Shown one piece after another: positions 41,548 through 55,897 of a DNA stretch of 64,000 nt. A model generated the notes under the pieces. The model had not been told where the DNA came from, ran no database searches, and saw only the letters and a program-made list of their open reading frames with translations. Origin of the DNA: Octopus vulgaris (lineage: Eukaryota). Both the position numbers and the translations under genes were made by a program. The first letter of the stretch is position 1, and the number at the start of each line of letters is the position of its first letter. The DNA lies in NCBI GenBank assembly GCA_951406725.2, contig OX597828.1, forward strand, positions 11,904,001 to 11,968,000. Reading direction: 5' to 3'.

Positions 41548-41688
41548 CGCAGGAGTGGCTGTGTGGGAAGAAGCTTGCTTCCTAACCACATGGTTCCAGG
41601 TTCAGTCCTACTGCGTGGCATCTTCCGCAAGTGTCTTCTACTATAGCCTAGGGCCGAGCAAACTCTTTTGAATGGATATGAAGCCCGT

Positions 41689-41736
<48 letters not shown>

Positions 41737-41749
41737 TATATACATATTA

Positions 41750-41801
<52 letters not shown>

Positions 41802-41995
41802 TGTATGTATGTGTTTGTTGTTTGTGCCTGTGTTTGTCCCTCCACCATCGCTTGGCAACCGATGTGTTTAGGTTCCCGTCACTTAGCGATTCACCAAAAA
41901 TAAGTCCTGGGGTTGATTTAATCGACTAAAGGTGGTGCTCCAGCGTGACCGCAGTCAAATAACTGAAACAAGTGAAAGAGTAAAGAGTAAAAGAG
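41545..41995 (+). mobile_element. SINE B
   Basis: Family B head and tail with an expanded TA tract. Confidence 0.8.
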
Positions 41996-42003
41996 TATAT
42001 AGA

Positions 42004-42047
<44 letters not shown>

Positions 42048-42056
42048 TAGATAGAC

Positions 42057-42115
<59 letters not shown>

Positions 42116-43567
42116 CATACATATACATATATATCGTCCAGTTGGAATCTTATATGCGTCAGAATGGAAGCAACATATAACAATAGTGCTGTTATCATGA
42201 TGCTGAAAATGCAATTGTAGTTTTAATACCGTTCTTTGAAAAAAACTCATGAACGTCCATGATAAATTTTTCTTCTAGTATATGTACTATATTACATGAG
42301 ATTAAACGCTCTCATGAAGCAAAAACCTTGTTAAAATTGTTTAAAGAAAGATAATAGAATTCGTGTGTTTCCAATGGAAACAATATAAACAGTTCTCGAT
42401 GACATGCAAGAATCGGATCATTTATAACTTTAGGAATATTACTACGAAGCATTGCAAGAAGTCTTCATTGTCTCTTTTTTTTGATAACGACTAAAAAGTT
42501 GAGAGAAAGCAATCATAGGAAACAGAAATTCTAACAATGAAATGTATAAAGAAAAAAATGAAGAATTACATGAATTTGTGTAAAGTGATTTTTATGATGT
42601 TGAATACCAAGCAATGTAAAATCTGTAAGAAATAAAAGTCACTTCTCTCTCAAACCGTGCACGCTACAGTTTTATAATAGCGACACATTGGTTAAGGTGC
42701 TGTGAGGTGCATTCTGCCGGAAGTGAATGACAGAATCTTCAAGTTTGGAAAACCTATTATCAGCGAATTGACTTTTGTCTAAATAACAACAAAAACAACT
42801 ACTATTAGAAAAAAAATTATAACCACAGATAAGAACGGAGTAAGAGATTATTTATACTAGAAGCTAACGGAATGCTTTACTGATAAACACAGTTATACAT
42901 TAAATGAAATTTCCTATAGATAAATGTGGTTGCAGTTATTACAAGGGAGATAATCGTTTCTTCACAATTTTAAGTGGGATTATGAATTTTAATTTGTGAT
43001 TTAGTTATTATAATGAAAAACTTGAATAGAATTCACAAATGTAACATTTCTTTACTCTTTACAGTTTTCTTAAAAATTCTATGCTACATCCTACACTTGC
43101 GCTATGGACTGAGACTGATCCATCTCATATAATATAAATTGTATGAAAATATCATCGTTATATATGTCCACTATTTCTTAGAAACAAAATGTAACCATAC
43201 AGATTTAAACCCCTCATCTATCATTAAAGCGCCAGTAAGGCTAAGAAAATTCATCAAATACCAACGAAAGCTGCTAAACACTAGCAGTTAGTGTAAAAGA
43301 AATTTCACTCCTCATAATCGAGTGCTCGGGGATTCGAAACTGGATTTTGATAGCCTGGCGCGCTCTACGCAGAGGGTAGGCTATGAATACACTGTAGTTA
43401 ATATTTGTATTAACACATTTAAATTAGGAATCATCAAAAAGCTCTATTTTCAGTAGAATATTTTTGTTTTGAACTTAAATCATTAAAAGAACATATGAAA
43501 TTTGCAAAAATTAAAACAGTAGATGTGTTCACTCTATTCATCTATTTATCTTACATTCTGTGACAAT

Positions 43568-44000
43568 TCTTCTTGTTCTTGTGACGGCGTTCACTCAGGG
43601 CGGGTTGAGCCGGCTTCTTCCCTGGTCCTGACGACATCACGAACCATGGTGGCCCACGCTCGACGGTCCTGTGAAGGGTCACTGGAGATAGCGAGTCGTT
43701 CGCGGTTCCATCTGCGCAGACCGACCACCTGCGGACCTGAGAGTTCGGAGAGGTCCTCCTTTATCGTCGTTGTCCAGGTCTTCAGCTGTCCGCCCGTGCG
43801 TTTGCGCCTGTTGGGAAGTAGGGGTGGGAGGAGGACATCGCGAATCGGCTCACCCTCTGGACGCCGGGCTGCATGACTGAACCACCCTAAGCGCCGTTAT
43901 AGAAGCACCGAAGAGAGAAGCCGGCGATTCAGGCGATGACGAGGACTGGCTGTAAGAACCCAATCAATGCGTCGGCAGCGAAGAATGCGGCGGAGACAGT
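43568..44000 (-). mobile_element. RTE-clade LINE 3' fragment
   Basis: CLRRILR...RRLGWFSHAARRP...RKRTGGQLKTW...DRRAW; ACAAGA-type tail. Confidence 0.82.
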
Positions 44001-44351
44001 CAGAGACAATACGATACAGTGATACAAGTGTATGTATGACCCACCGTTTCGAAGTACGAATTTAGTTTCGGCAAGTCACAAGCGGCTTTTTGACATTGAC
44101 AAGCCTGCATTAGTGTGAAATGCGTCTGTGATTCTTGTGCGTTGCTACTGTCACGGAGTTCACCTCACTGCAATACATAATGTTTATTTAAGACGACATG
44201 ATTCTGAACAGACTTTTTCTCAGAAGAAAACCACAGCATGATATCTTTGAAAGGTCTATATAATTTTCGCATCATGCACAAATGATGATATCAACTCGAT
44301 GCTGTTTGAATTGTATTCACCGAGTTATATACATTCGTAGACATACGTATA

Positions 44352-44387
<36 letters not shown>

Positions 44388-44667
44388 AGATATGTTTCAG
44401 TGCGTGTATTGTTCTATGCGTAGAAGTTTAGCCCTAAGTCAAACCACATGTTTGAGGACGCATATTATCAAATAAATTCTAACCAAGACTGAAAATATAT
44501 TATCTTCAATGACGTTATATTCTGCATTACACTTTCAAGCACACCGTTTCTTTGAGGTCTATGAATGTGGATGCATTCGGGTGTGCGTGTGTAACATTCT
44601 GTGCGTATGTACAAATATGTCCACACATAAAAATAATTTGCGCAGATGGAGATTTGATATATATATA

Positions 44668-44758
<91 letters not shown>

Positions 44759-44759
44759 G

Positions 44760-44797
<38 letters not shown>

Positions 44798-44969
44798 TAT
44801 GAAAAAATATGTACATATAGATATAGATACAGATATAGATATATATACACATATAGATAGATATATATACATGCATACATGTATGTATATATTCCTGAGC
44901 GTTATACTAATACATCTGTTTGTTTTGTACACCACCCGTCTTCGTCTTTTGTTTTTTTCCGTAAACTCT

Positions 44970-45008
<39 letters not shown>

Positions 45009-46619
45009 CATACATACATGTGCGCACGCGTTTGTGTATGTGTGTGTATACATAATTCTTTACTTCTCGTTTCTTTCATGGCTTCTGTCATTGGACTGCA
45101 GCCACTAGAGTACAACAATATTACGCGTTTGATTACTCGAGTCGAACCAATTGCTTATTATAAAGTTTAGTACATACTTAACCCCGTTCTCGATTTGTCG
45201 AACTTCTACGCTAGAACAAATAAGAAACACCACCAGTTATAAAGTAGTTTCAAGCAAACATGACCACACACACACACATTGCAGACATACGGGCTCGCGC
45301 ACAACAGAAATCCACACTGTTTTCGAATTCATTCAGTAAACATTATTTAGAGATGACATTTGCCCAATGTACCATGCAGTGCGATCCAAGCGAAAGACAA
45401 CTCGATGTTTGCGAAGGAGGCTTCTTAACTACACCGATATGATTACACATACATTTACATAAATACATACATACATACATGAATACACGCACACATGCAC
45501 ACACACATGCACACACATACATACGTACGTACATACTCGCATATATAGACAAGCGTACAGAAACACATATATGTGTGTTTGTGTATGTGTTGCTGTGTTT
45601 TTGCAGGTATTCGTGTGTGTGTTTGAGTATGTGTTGCTGTGTTTGTGCGGGCATGCATGTGTGTGCTTGTGTGTAAGTGTTTGTGTGTGCCTGCGCGCGA
45701 ATGTCTGCTTGCGTGTATAGGAATAAGATTGTACATTGGTACCTATTGTAATGAAAGAAAAACATTATTTACCATTGTTGAGTAGATTGAAATGAAATTC
45801 ATACAAAGCCGAATTTACAAGAGTTTCTCGTTATCTTTCCTCAGGTGACTGAATATCAATGTTTAGAATTGTATACGTTGATCGATTAGCTTTTATTTGG
45901 ATCCGCTATTATCATGAAAACTTGTGAACTGTGCAAGAAGTGAAGTCGGACGAGTGAAGAGATGATGGCGAGATGTTAGAAGAGACTAGAGTGTAAATCG
46001 AAATCGGGAAGGCGAGATATCAAGGGATTCAATAAGGCAAGTAAGAACCAAGCGCAGATGAAGGGGAGTGGATACGGGGTGGAAGGAGAAGCAAGAAGGA
46101 GAGGGCAAGATGATTAGAAAAGGAAAAGACGGACGAGGGGTAGGAGGGGAAAAGGAAGGAGGAGCTTCAGAAAAAGTATCAAAGAAATAGAAGAAAACAA
46201 AAGGAGAAACGATGATGACGACGACGAGGATGATGATGATGATGATGATGACAACGAGGAACGACGATGATGATGGGGAAGATGAGGACGATAACAACGA
46301 CGGCGACGATGCTGGTGATGTAGAGGAAAAGATATAATAACCGACAGCGGGAACCGTAATATAATTACGTAAAAAGGTAATGGAAAGATGAAATAAAATA
46401 TAAACGAAAGTATTTTTGCTTATATATATTCGATTGGATTCGATTGCCTATGATCATTCCACTGCAGAAAGAAGGCCCCAATTTGTTCTCTCCACCAACC
46501 ATGATCTGATGTGTAGGCCATGAATTAAATCTTGGCTACATGCACGTCTCATGAGCTTACTCTGTCATACTGACTCAACATGGACTGGCAGAGGAGTGCA
46601 GTTTTATACTCACGCTCAG

Positions 46620-46780
46620 GAGTAATGTTGAATACATCGACTCCAAGTGATATTTATTTTATCAACTGCAAAAGGATGAAAGGCAAAGTCGAGGGAATTT
46701 GAACTTAGAACGTAAGAACGAACGAAGTACTGCTAAGCGTTTCGCCCGGCCTGCTTAACGATTCTACCAGCTCATCGCGA
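46620..46780 (-). mobile_element. Degenerate SINE A
   Basis: Core and B box. Confidence 0.65.
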
Positions 46781-46888
46781 GCTGAATGGGTGGACAGGTG
46801 CTTGGATAGATAGACAGATATGTAAATATAAACACACACGCATATATATGCATACATACATACATACATACATACATACATACATACA

Positions 46889-46922
<34 letters not shown>

Positions 46923-47123
46923 AATAAGTAGGTGAATGAATTATCCTATGTTTATCGTCAGCATGGAAAATTCGTTTAACCGAAACCTAGGTAGCAAATT
47001 CACGTCAGAAACACGGTTGAAGCGACCTGTCAAGGGTAGAAATTCCGGGTTCATGTGCAGAAATGTGTGTATTGTATATGAATAAATGAAAGAATGGAGT
47101 CGAACGAAGATGTTGACAAAATT

Positions 47124-47217
47124 CCTTTACTCTCGACATATATTTCGAAGACACCATGTTTTCATTCCAAAGGAATAAAGGGTGCATTATGCAATCTTCT
47201 CATCAGGAAAGAAAGGG
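47124..47217 (-). ncRNA. Type I hammerhead ribozyme motif (3' terminal repeat)
   Basis: Minus strand CTTTC-CTGATGA-GAAGA...TCTTC-GAAAT-ATAT-GTC-GAGAG. Confidence 0.7.
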
Positions 47218-47490
47218 AGCCTCTCTCGACAACAAGACAAACAAAAATTTCGATGATTGCCTACATGGTAAACAAAGTGATAATGAGTGTTTTTTTTAAA
47301 TGACCGTTAGAAGAATTGACGTCAAAAATAGATAGTAGGAAGAGAAGGGATAAAGTAATAATAGGTAGGGAACAAGTGGAGAGGGGAGGGTACGTTGATT
47401 GAAAGTATGTTCGAAGGCTTAGGAAAGAATTCCTCTATAGCAGTGGGGTGGACGTAAAGCTAATTGTTCAAACCACAGTGACTATCGTTA

Positions 47491-49271
47491 TCATTTATAT
47501 GAGTAGAAAGTGTGTTTCTGCCAGTGTTTACATTTGTATGATTTTTCTATGAGTGTGTTTACTAGGGGAACTTTAGAGAAAAGAATATGGAAGAGTTCAG
47601 AGTTACAAATGTTACAAAATATCCTGCCCTTATCAAAAGGAAAGGATACAGACAGTATGAACCAATCTAACTTGAAAATTATATTGTCTTTAAGACGCCA
47701 AACTAAGTTACTTAGCCCTGTACTATGTCGTTTTTTACTATCCCTGAATGTTGAATAGTAGTTTGAAATTCTCTTGGATAACTGGTAAGTGTCCGCTCCT
47801 ATATAGAAGAAGACATCGGTACCGGAAGAAATTCTACACTGGTAAATAGAATTCTTAATCTTAGAATTACTAGACAAAAATTTAATTCTGTTGGGGTTAT
47901 CCTCCGAGATCGAAACGAAGTTTTTATTGTTATGATTGTTGTTACTATTATTGTTAGCGCTAACAACTACACTATTTCTATTATTATTAGTATTATTAAT
48001 GGTATTACAACCAGTAATACCACCGACAATAATACCGTTATTGTTGTTACCATCAGCACTACCATTGTTATTAACACGACTAATACTATTATTAATATTA
48101 TCATTGTTAACACTTTCGCTGCTACTAATGCTGTTACTATTAATACTATTCCGATTATTATGATTGTATGATGGGTTGGAATTAGCAAGATTAGTGTTGG
48201 AACTCCTGGGCGAAGATTCTTTGTTTAGCAGGTATTGTGGGAAGATATAATTTGTGAAAGATTCCTAGTGTTAGAGAAAGCGATTCTGACCTTGTGGGAA
48301 TCGATAATAGAATGATATCTAGAATTTCTGGGAAAGTTTCTAGCAACTGCTTCATGGAACTGTAAGGGAAGGTTCGATTTAATTTGTTTTCCGAAAGGAA
48401 TTACGAACCAGATACAGCTTTTTGTGGCCTTTGAATTGTTCTTAGTGTTATTAGTGATAGTAAGGGGAAAATTTCTGGGTTGGAAATTTGGGGTTGCATG
48501 GCGCTTACCTCCCCTAGTCCGTAAAGAATTTATTTTATATACAGAGTTGCTGGCACTATTAGAATTGAAATCATTATTCCTATTACGAGTAACTTTACTA
48601 TCTGGAGAAGCAGATGTTGGTTTAAAATGAGCTGAGTCGATGTATGACACTTTCTCCTTATAACCGGCTCTTAACAAGGCGGCGTTATAGAAGTCTGCCT
48701 TTTGGTTAAAGATGTGGACATTAGCAGATAATTTGGACAGTCTCAGAGATATGTTTTTAACTAAATTATCGGTAATTGGCCTGGCATGATTACTGAAAAT
48801 GCTAATATACTTAAGATTTGTGGAAGGTTTATGATAAGGGAAGTATAAGTTATTCTGCAAATTGAGGGTAATGTTTAAGAAGTTGGCTTTAGTTAATTCA
48901 TCGTCAAAAACTATGCGTAAGCCCATTCTACTAAAAAACCTAACTAATCTGTTCTTAACCTTCTGTATTTTTTGGTTCGAAAGGTTTTGGAGGTAAAGCA
49001 GACAATCGTTGCGATAAAGACCTCCACAGATGTCCGGGAATTGGTCGGTCATTTCATAAAGAATATAAATTCCGACCAAATCGGCTATCTGGGCGCTGTC
49101 TGTACTTCCCATTAGTACATCAAACGCATTAGGGGTATCTCTACGGACCCACAACTTGCTATCGAACTGGATGAAAGATTTCCTAGCAGTCAATATCACA
49201 CTAATTTCCTCCCTGGAGAGGCTTGCCTTATTGTGTGCGTGCCATAGGGCTTTAACACTAAATTTATCCAA
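47491..49271 (-). pseudogene. PLE RT and GIY-YIG polyprotein, 5'-truncated, frameshift near 48225, YRDD changed to YRND
   Basis: FDVLMGS.D.A...DLVGIYIL, GLYRND, FLNITL, YHKP, SNH and IWF..PF; then SIYQC..FYIG, CNIC and CKH. Confidence 0.88.
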
Positions 49272-49573
49272 TTCGATATATCTATTTTCTATTCTTCAAT
49301 CAACCCTATTATACTGTGGTTTGAACAATTAGCTTTACATCCACCCACTTCTATAGAGAAATTCTTTCCTAAGCCTTCGAACATTCTTTCAATCAACGTA
49401 CCCTTCCCTCTCCAGTTGTTCCCCACCTATTATTACTTTATCCCTTCTCTTCCTACTATCTATTTTTGACGTCAATTCTTCTAACGGCTATTTAAAAAAA
49501 AACACTCATTATCGCTTTGTTTACAATGTAGGCAATCATCGAAATTTTGTTTGTCTTGTTGTCGAGAGAGGCT

Positions 49574-49667
49574 CCCTTTCTTTCCTGATGAGAAGATTGT
49601 ATAATGCACCCTTTATTCCTTTGGAATGAAAACATGCTGTCTTCGAAACATGTGTCGAGAGTAAAGG
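49574..49667 (+). ncRNA. Type I hammerhead ribozyme motif (inverted terminal repeat)
   Basis: CTTTC-CTGATGA(49585)-GAAGAT...GTCTTC-GAAAC-ATGT-GTC(49654-49656)-GAGAG; all core nucleotides canonical. Confidence 0.8.
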
Positions 49668-49720
49668 AATTTTGTTAACATCTTCGTTCGACTCCATTCT
49701 TTCATTTATTTACATACATA

Positions 49721-49752
<32 letters not shown>

Positions 49753-49764
49753 CATATACACACT

Positions 49765-49808
<44 letters not shown>

Positions 49809-50023
49809 CGATAGACCTCTGTCAATTTGTGTGTAGCAAATCTTACAAGGCTTCGGTAGGCCGGTGGCTATAATAGATGACACTTGTCCAGAGCGCCATG
49901 CAATGGAACTGAACAAAGAACCATTTGGCTGGGAATCAAAATTTTTACAGCGACACCTGCGACTATATGTACATATGTACATACACCCCCCCAACACATA
50001 CACATATATATATGTATGTATGT

Positions 50024-50071
<48 letters not shown>

Positions 50072-50130
50072 AAATAACTAATCTGTTTTTCAACTATAAA
50101 TACGTGTGTGTGTATATATATATATATATA

Positions 50131-50215
<85 letters not shown>

Positions 50216-50294
50216 CATACAAACAAATATGTATGTATGTATGAATGTATAGTTGAACAAATATTACAGGTCTATACAGATCAAATTTTTATAG

Positions 50295-50836
50295 ATAAAA
50301 GATGTAGGTGGAAATAGCACAGAAGTAAAACTAGGAGAATTTAGAAATAACTTAATAAATTGATTTAGAAATTATATATAAAAAAAAATATAGAATATTA
50401 CCGGTTTCGATGATGAATTTCATATTAGCAAATATTACTGGAAATTTATAAAAATTTGAATTAAAAACAGTTTATCTTCTGCCAGGGGGTCAAAAACATG
50501 TCTGGAGTTTTTTCGTTGAAGATTTCTTTAAATATAGTTTTAGAGAACTACATCCCTCTCTTTCTCTCTAACACTTTGAACTCTATATCCAACTGTATTT
50601 AAAGAAGACATCAACGAAAAATCTGCAGCACGTTTTTAAACCCCGGACAGAAGATAAAATGTTTTTTACTTCAAATTCTTATAAATTTTTACTAATATTT
50701 GATAAGATGAGACTCATCACCAAAACCGGTAATATTCTATATTTTATTTATATAGTTTTTAAATCATTTTATTAAATTCTTTCTAAATTGAAAACTTTTA
50801 GATATACTTCTGTGCTATTTCCACCTCCATCTTATA
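50295..50836. repeat. Long inverted repeat (~250-bp arms), probably paired PLE termini
   Basis: AGGTGGAAATAGCACAGAAGTA vs TACTTCTGTGCTATTTCCACCT; AGAATATTACCGGTTT vs AAACCGGTAATATTCT. Confidence 0.85.
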
Positions 50837-50862
50837 AATATATCTATATTTATATATATGTA

Positions 50863-50981
<119 letters not shown>

Positions 50982-51368
50982 TAGAGCAAAAATATATTCG
51001 TATATTGGAATGTGAGGTTTCTCTTCGATGACATTCTCTACTTTCGTTTCCGTTTGCCAACATCGCTACAAAAACGGAAACGGAAGACAAAATTGAGGGA
51101 AGTCACAGCTTTTCAAATTCGAATGATTCATTAAACACCACTACATGTTGTAAGCAGTTTTGTCTCTATTTGAAGACTTATCTATACATGTGTTTGTGTG
51201 TGTGTGTGTGTATGTGTGTGTGTGTGTACGTGTGTTTGTGTGTATACGTATATATACGTACAAACATACATAGATACAGATATATATTTACACAAATATT
51301 CACGTATTCAAATGTATGTAATTTTGTATATATATATATATATGTATGTATGTATGTATGCATGTAGG

Positions 51369-51451
<83 letters not shown>

Positions 51452-51479
51452 GTATGTATATATGTATGTATATATATGT

Positions 51480-52230
<751 letters not shown>

Positions 52231-52804
52231 CATACATACATACATACACATGCATACATACATACACACATGCATACATACATACATACATACATACATA
52301 CATACATACATACATACATACATACATACATACATACATACATCAGTAACCTGCTCACCAGCACGGTTCCTTTGCAACTGGTTAGAAGCTAAGCTGTTTG
52401 TCAATACAGATAGTCTTCACGGTTATGACTATTACTTTTTTCTATATATTGGCCAGATTTTATCGACCGGTGCTCAAAGACATACAGTTCTTTTCTGTTC
52501 CAATATTTACCGTAAAGAAAGCATTAATTGTTGTATTCTCTATCTTTGTATCTGCCTGTGTCGGTTACTTTATAACAGTGGTCAAATTAATATCGATGTT
52601 ATCCTTTTAAAAAGAGTTCAAATGAGACCAATATTAAGCACTGTATGTTGCATTATTTCGAAAGAGACTCTTCAGCGGCAAAAATATGTTTGTTCCGTCA
52701 ATGGAAAGGAAACTTTGTCTAGACGTACCAGTGATGGGTTACTCACTTTCGCTTGGTGATGTTTCTCTTGCACTCTCTTCCATCTGGATGACCATGTTTT
52801 ATGA

Positions 52805-53598
52805 CTAGTTAGTTAGTTAGTTAATTTGGCTCAAAAGCAAATGGCAAGGCCATGTAGGGGGACATGGAGTTAAGTACAGGGTGGTGTTCATGTAAAGAGT
52901 TCAGGCCACTTGAGGTCCAGGGAGGCTTTGAACAAAGCGGTCGTCGGCATCTTCACCATCTCGTCTGGCAGCTTGTTCCACGGATCCGCAACCCGGACGG
53001 AGAAAGCTCCTCTCCTTCGATTGAGATGAAATCGTCGCAGATAGAGCTTTTCGGAATGACCCCGCAGCCGACGCTCTGGAGCAGGAGTGAAGAACAGCTC
53101 TTTCGAGAGGTTACACTTTCCGCTTATGATGTTGTGGGCGAGAATGAGATCACCACGGCGGCGGCGTTTTTCAAGAGAATAAAGGTCGAGCGTCCTCAGC
53201 CTTTCTTCGTAGGACAAATTTTTGAGACCATGAACCATGCGGGTAGCCAGCTTCTGGACTCTTTCGAGATGCTGTATGTCTTTGAGGAGATAAGGAGAAG
53301 AGGCTTGAATCCCATACTCCAATATGGGTCTCACCAGCGTGACATAGAGTGGTAGGAATATTGCTGCCGTGAGCATTCCGAATGACCGTCGAATCAAGAA
53401 CAGAATTCCGCGTGCTTTGTTGGCAGCATGGACGCACTGGGACGAAGGCGAAAAGGAGGAGTCCACCAAGATACCCAGGTCCTTTACCTGATCGGTCCTC
53501 TCCAGCAGCAGACGACCCGGCTCGAAATCAAGTTGAGTTGCAGGAGTAGAGCCGACAGGCAGATGACAGCACTTTGACACGTTCAGACACAGGTCCCA
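52805..53598 (-). mobile_element. CR1-group LINE 3' fragment with (TAAC)n tail
   Basis: ORF 52888-53580: KDLGI, LVRPILEYG, LERVQ, LEKRRRRGDLI and RGH; TAGT repeats at 52805-52822. Confidence 0.9.
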
Positions 53599-53654
53599 CT
53601 ACTGAAGCTATACTCTGAAACTATACTCTGAAACTATACTCTGAAACTATACTC

Positions 53655-54105
53655 TTTTTTGCTCTTTTATTTATTTCAGTCATTTGACTATGGCCATGCT
53701 GGAGCACCGCCTTTAGTCGAGCAAATCGACACCAGGACTTGTAACCCTAGTATTCATTCTATCGGGCTCTTTTACCGAGCCGCTAAGTTACGGGGACGTA
53801 ACCACACCAGCATCTGATGTCAAGCGATGTTAGGGTGACAAACACAGACACACAAACATATACACACACATTTATACATACATATATACGACGGGCTTCT
53901 TTCAGTTTCCGTCTACCAAATCCACTCACAAGGCTTTGGTCGACCCAAGGCTATAGTAGAATACACTTGCCCAAGGTGCCACGCAGTGGCACTGAACCCC
54001 GAACCATGTGGTGGGTAAACAAGCTACTTACCACACAGCCACTCCTACGCCTATACCACACAGCCACTCCTACGCCTATACCACACAGCCACTCCTACGC
54101 CTATA
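53655..54105 (-). mobile_element. SINE B with triplicated 25-bp 5' end
   Basis: TACCACACAGCCACTCCTACGCCTA x3 at ~54029-54103. Confidence 0.85.
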
Positions 54106-55503
54106 GTTGAAAAAAGTTCCTCGGCAGTTTTCACGAGAATGAACGTCAGTCATAAAATTCCTTCATGAACTAAGAAAATCGATTAAATCTCGTCGGTGGG
54201 TCCCTCATCCTATTATTGATCTTTAGCTTAAAGAAAGAGTTGTCCTCTAGTTGTCATTAAAGAGCGGGGTTGCGAAAAATCGCTGGCCAGAATCATCACA
54301 AGATAGGTGTATTCTTTAGAATCATATCCAAAGTAAACGACAGATATTTGTACCCAATGAAGAAAGTGAGTTCATCCCCAAACAAGCACTACGTCTGCAA
54401 AAAAATATGCTCTGAATTTAGTATAACATGAAGGGTGTTGTCTATCATGAAATTTTAAAGCAAAACAAAACAGTTAATAAATACAGAGAAGTATTGTCGT
54501 CGATTGAATGCATTGCATAAAAATTTGTATAAAAGGTGACCATCATTGGTCATTTGTAAAATGGTGCTGCTCTTCCATAATAATCATTTCTACTAGAGGC
54601 ACAAGAGAATTTGAAGAAGGATTATTGTCGATTATATAGATCCCAATGTTCAACAATTACTTGTTTATCGTTCCCGAAGGGATGAAAGCCAAAGTCGACC
54701 TTGATGGAATTTGAACTCAGAATGCTAAGACAGACGATATATCTATTTCTATTTCTTTACTACCCACTAGGGGCTAAACACAAAGGAGACAAACAAGGAC
54801 AGATAAGCGGATTAAGTCGAGTATATCGACTCCACTGCGTAACTGGTACTTATTTAATCGACCCCGAAAAGATGAAAGGCAAAGTCGACCTCGGAGGAAT
54901 TTGAACTCAGAACGTAGCGGCAGTCGAAATACCTGTTTCTTTACTACCCACAAGGGGCTAAACACAGAGAGGACAAACAAGGACAGACAAACGGAATAAG
55001 TCGATTATATTGACCCCAGTGCGTAACCGGTACTTATTTAATCGACACCGAAAGGATGAAAGGCAAAGTCGACCTTGGCGGAATTTGAACTCAGAACGTA
55101 GCGGCAGACGAAATACGGCTAAGCATTCTGTCCGACGTGCTGTCGATTGTTCCAGCTAAAAGCAAGACGACAGAAAAGATTATGGCACTAAATATGGCGG
55201 TTTTGCCTCTTCTTCCTGACTTTCCTTAACTAGCTCCAACAATCATATTTTTAGATCATTGCCACATTATCTAGAAGAGTTTATGAATTTTGATGATATT
55301 AAAAATTACATTGAGTGTTTCTTCCCTTCGAAATGTGAAAAATGTTACGCTTGGTGAATCGACAATTTACCAAATGGCTGGGAATATGTTAACAATAATG
55401 AGGTGAAATGTTATCTTGAGTAGATATAACTAATTAAAACCAAGGAAGCGTTTGTCTCTTTCCAATCTTGAAATGCGAAATGACATTATTTCCAACAACC
55501 TAA
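54105..55503 (+). mobile_element. Old degenerate mariner interrupted by a SINE A trimer
   Basis: RWVPH, KGVVYHEILKQNKTVN and VLLFHNN before the insert; LAPT..IFRSL and IDNLPNGWEYV after it; CAACAACCTAA end. Confidence 0.7.
54585..55158 (-). mobile_element. SINE A trimer
   Basis: Three AAAGTCGACC..GGAATTTGAACTCAG units and one head. Confidence 0.85.
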
Positions 55504-55832
55504 CATATTTACGCATATAGCCGTATTTTCAAGCATAGATATGTGCGCACACACACACACACACAAACATATATATACACACATATGCATACGTATATAC
55601 TAGAAACACATACACACATACACACACACACACACACTCATATATACATGTATATATGTATGTATATGTGTATATATGAAGTGGCAGATATGTTGCCCGT
55701 GGAATTAATATTTCTAATATTTACAAGATTTTTACGTCATGTTCCATTAATGAATATATAAGCGATGGTTTTCGCGTCTTACTAACTTAATTAATTAACC
55801 AACAGAATATGCACACACACAAATATACACAC

Positions 55833-55897
<65 letters not shown>

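Larger units (their letters stand above)
47081..49710 (-). mobile_element. Penelope-like retroelement (Naiad-like) with ~400-bp inverted terminal repeats
   Basis: 47081-47479 is the reverse complement of 49313-49710; RT and GIY-YIG lie between them. Confidence 0.9.

Noticed and set aside
44540-44590. Minus-strand GCACAC-CCGAATG...GAAACG-GTGTGC
   Set aside because: Core and stem II are too degenerate to call a ribozyme
52323-52759. ~145-codon open frame after (CATA)n
   Set aside because: No recognisable motif or credible start; the opposite-strand GTGAGT donor near 52745 has no supported exon
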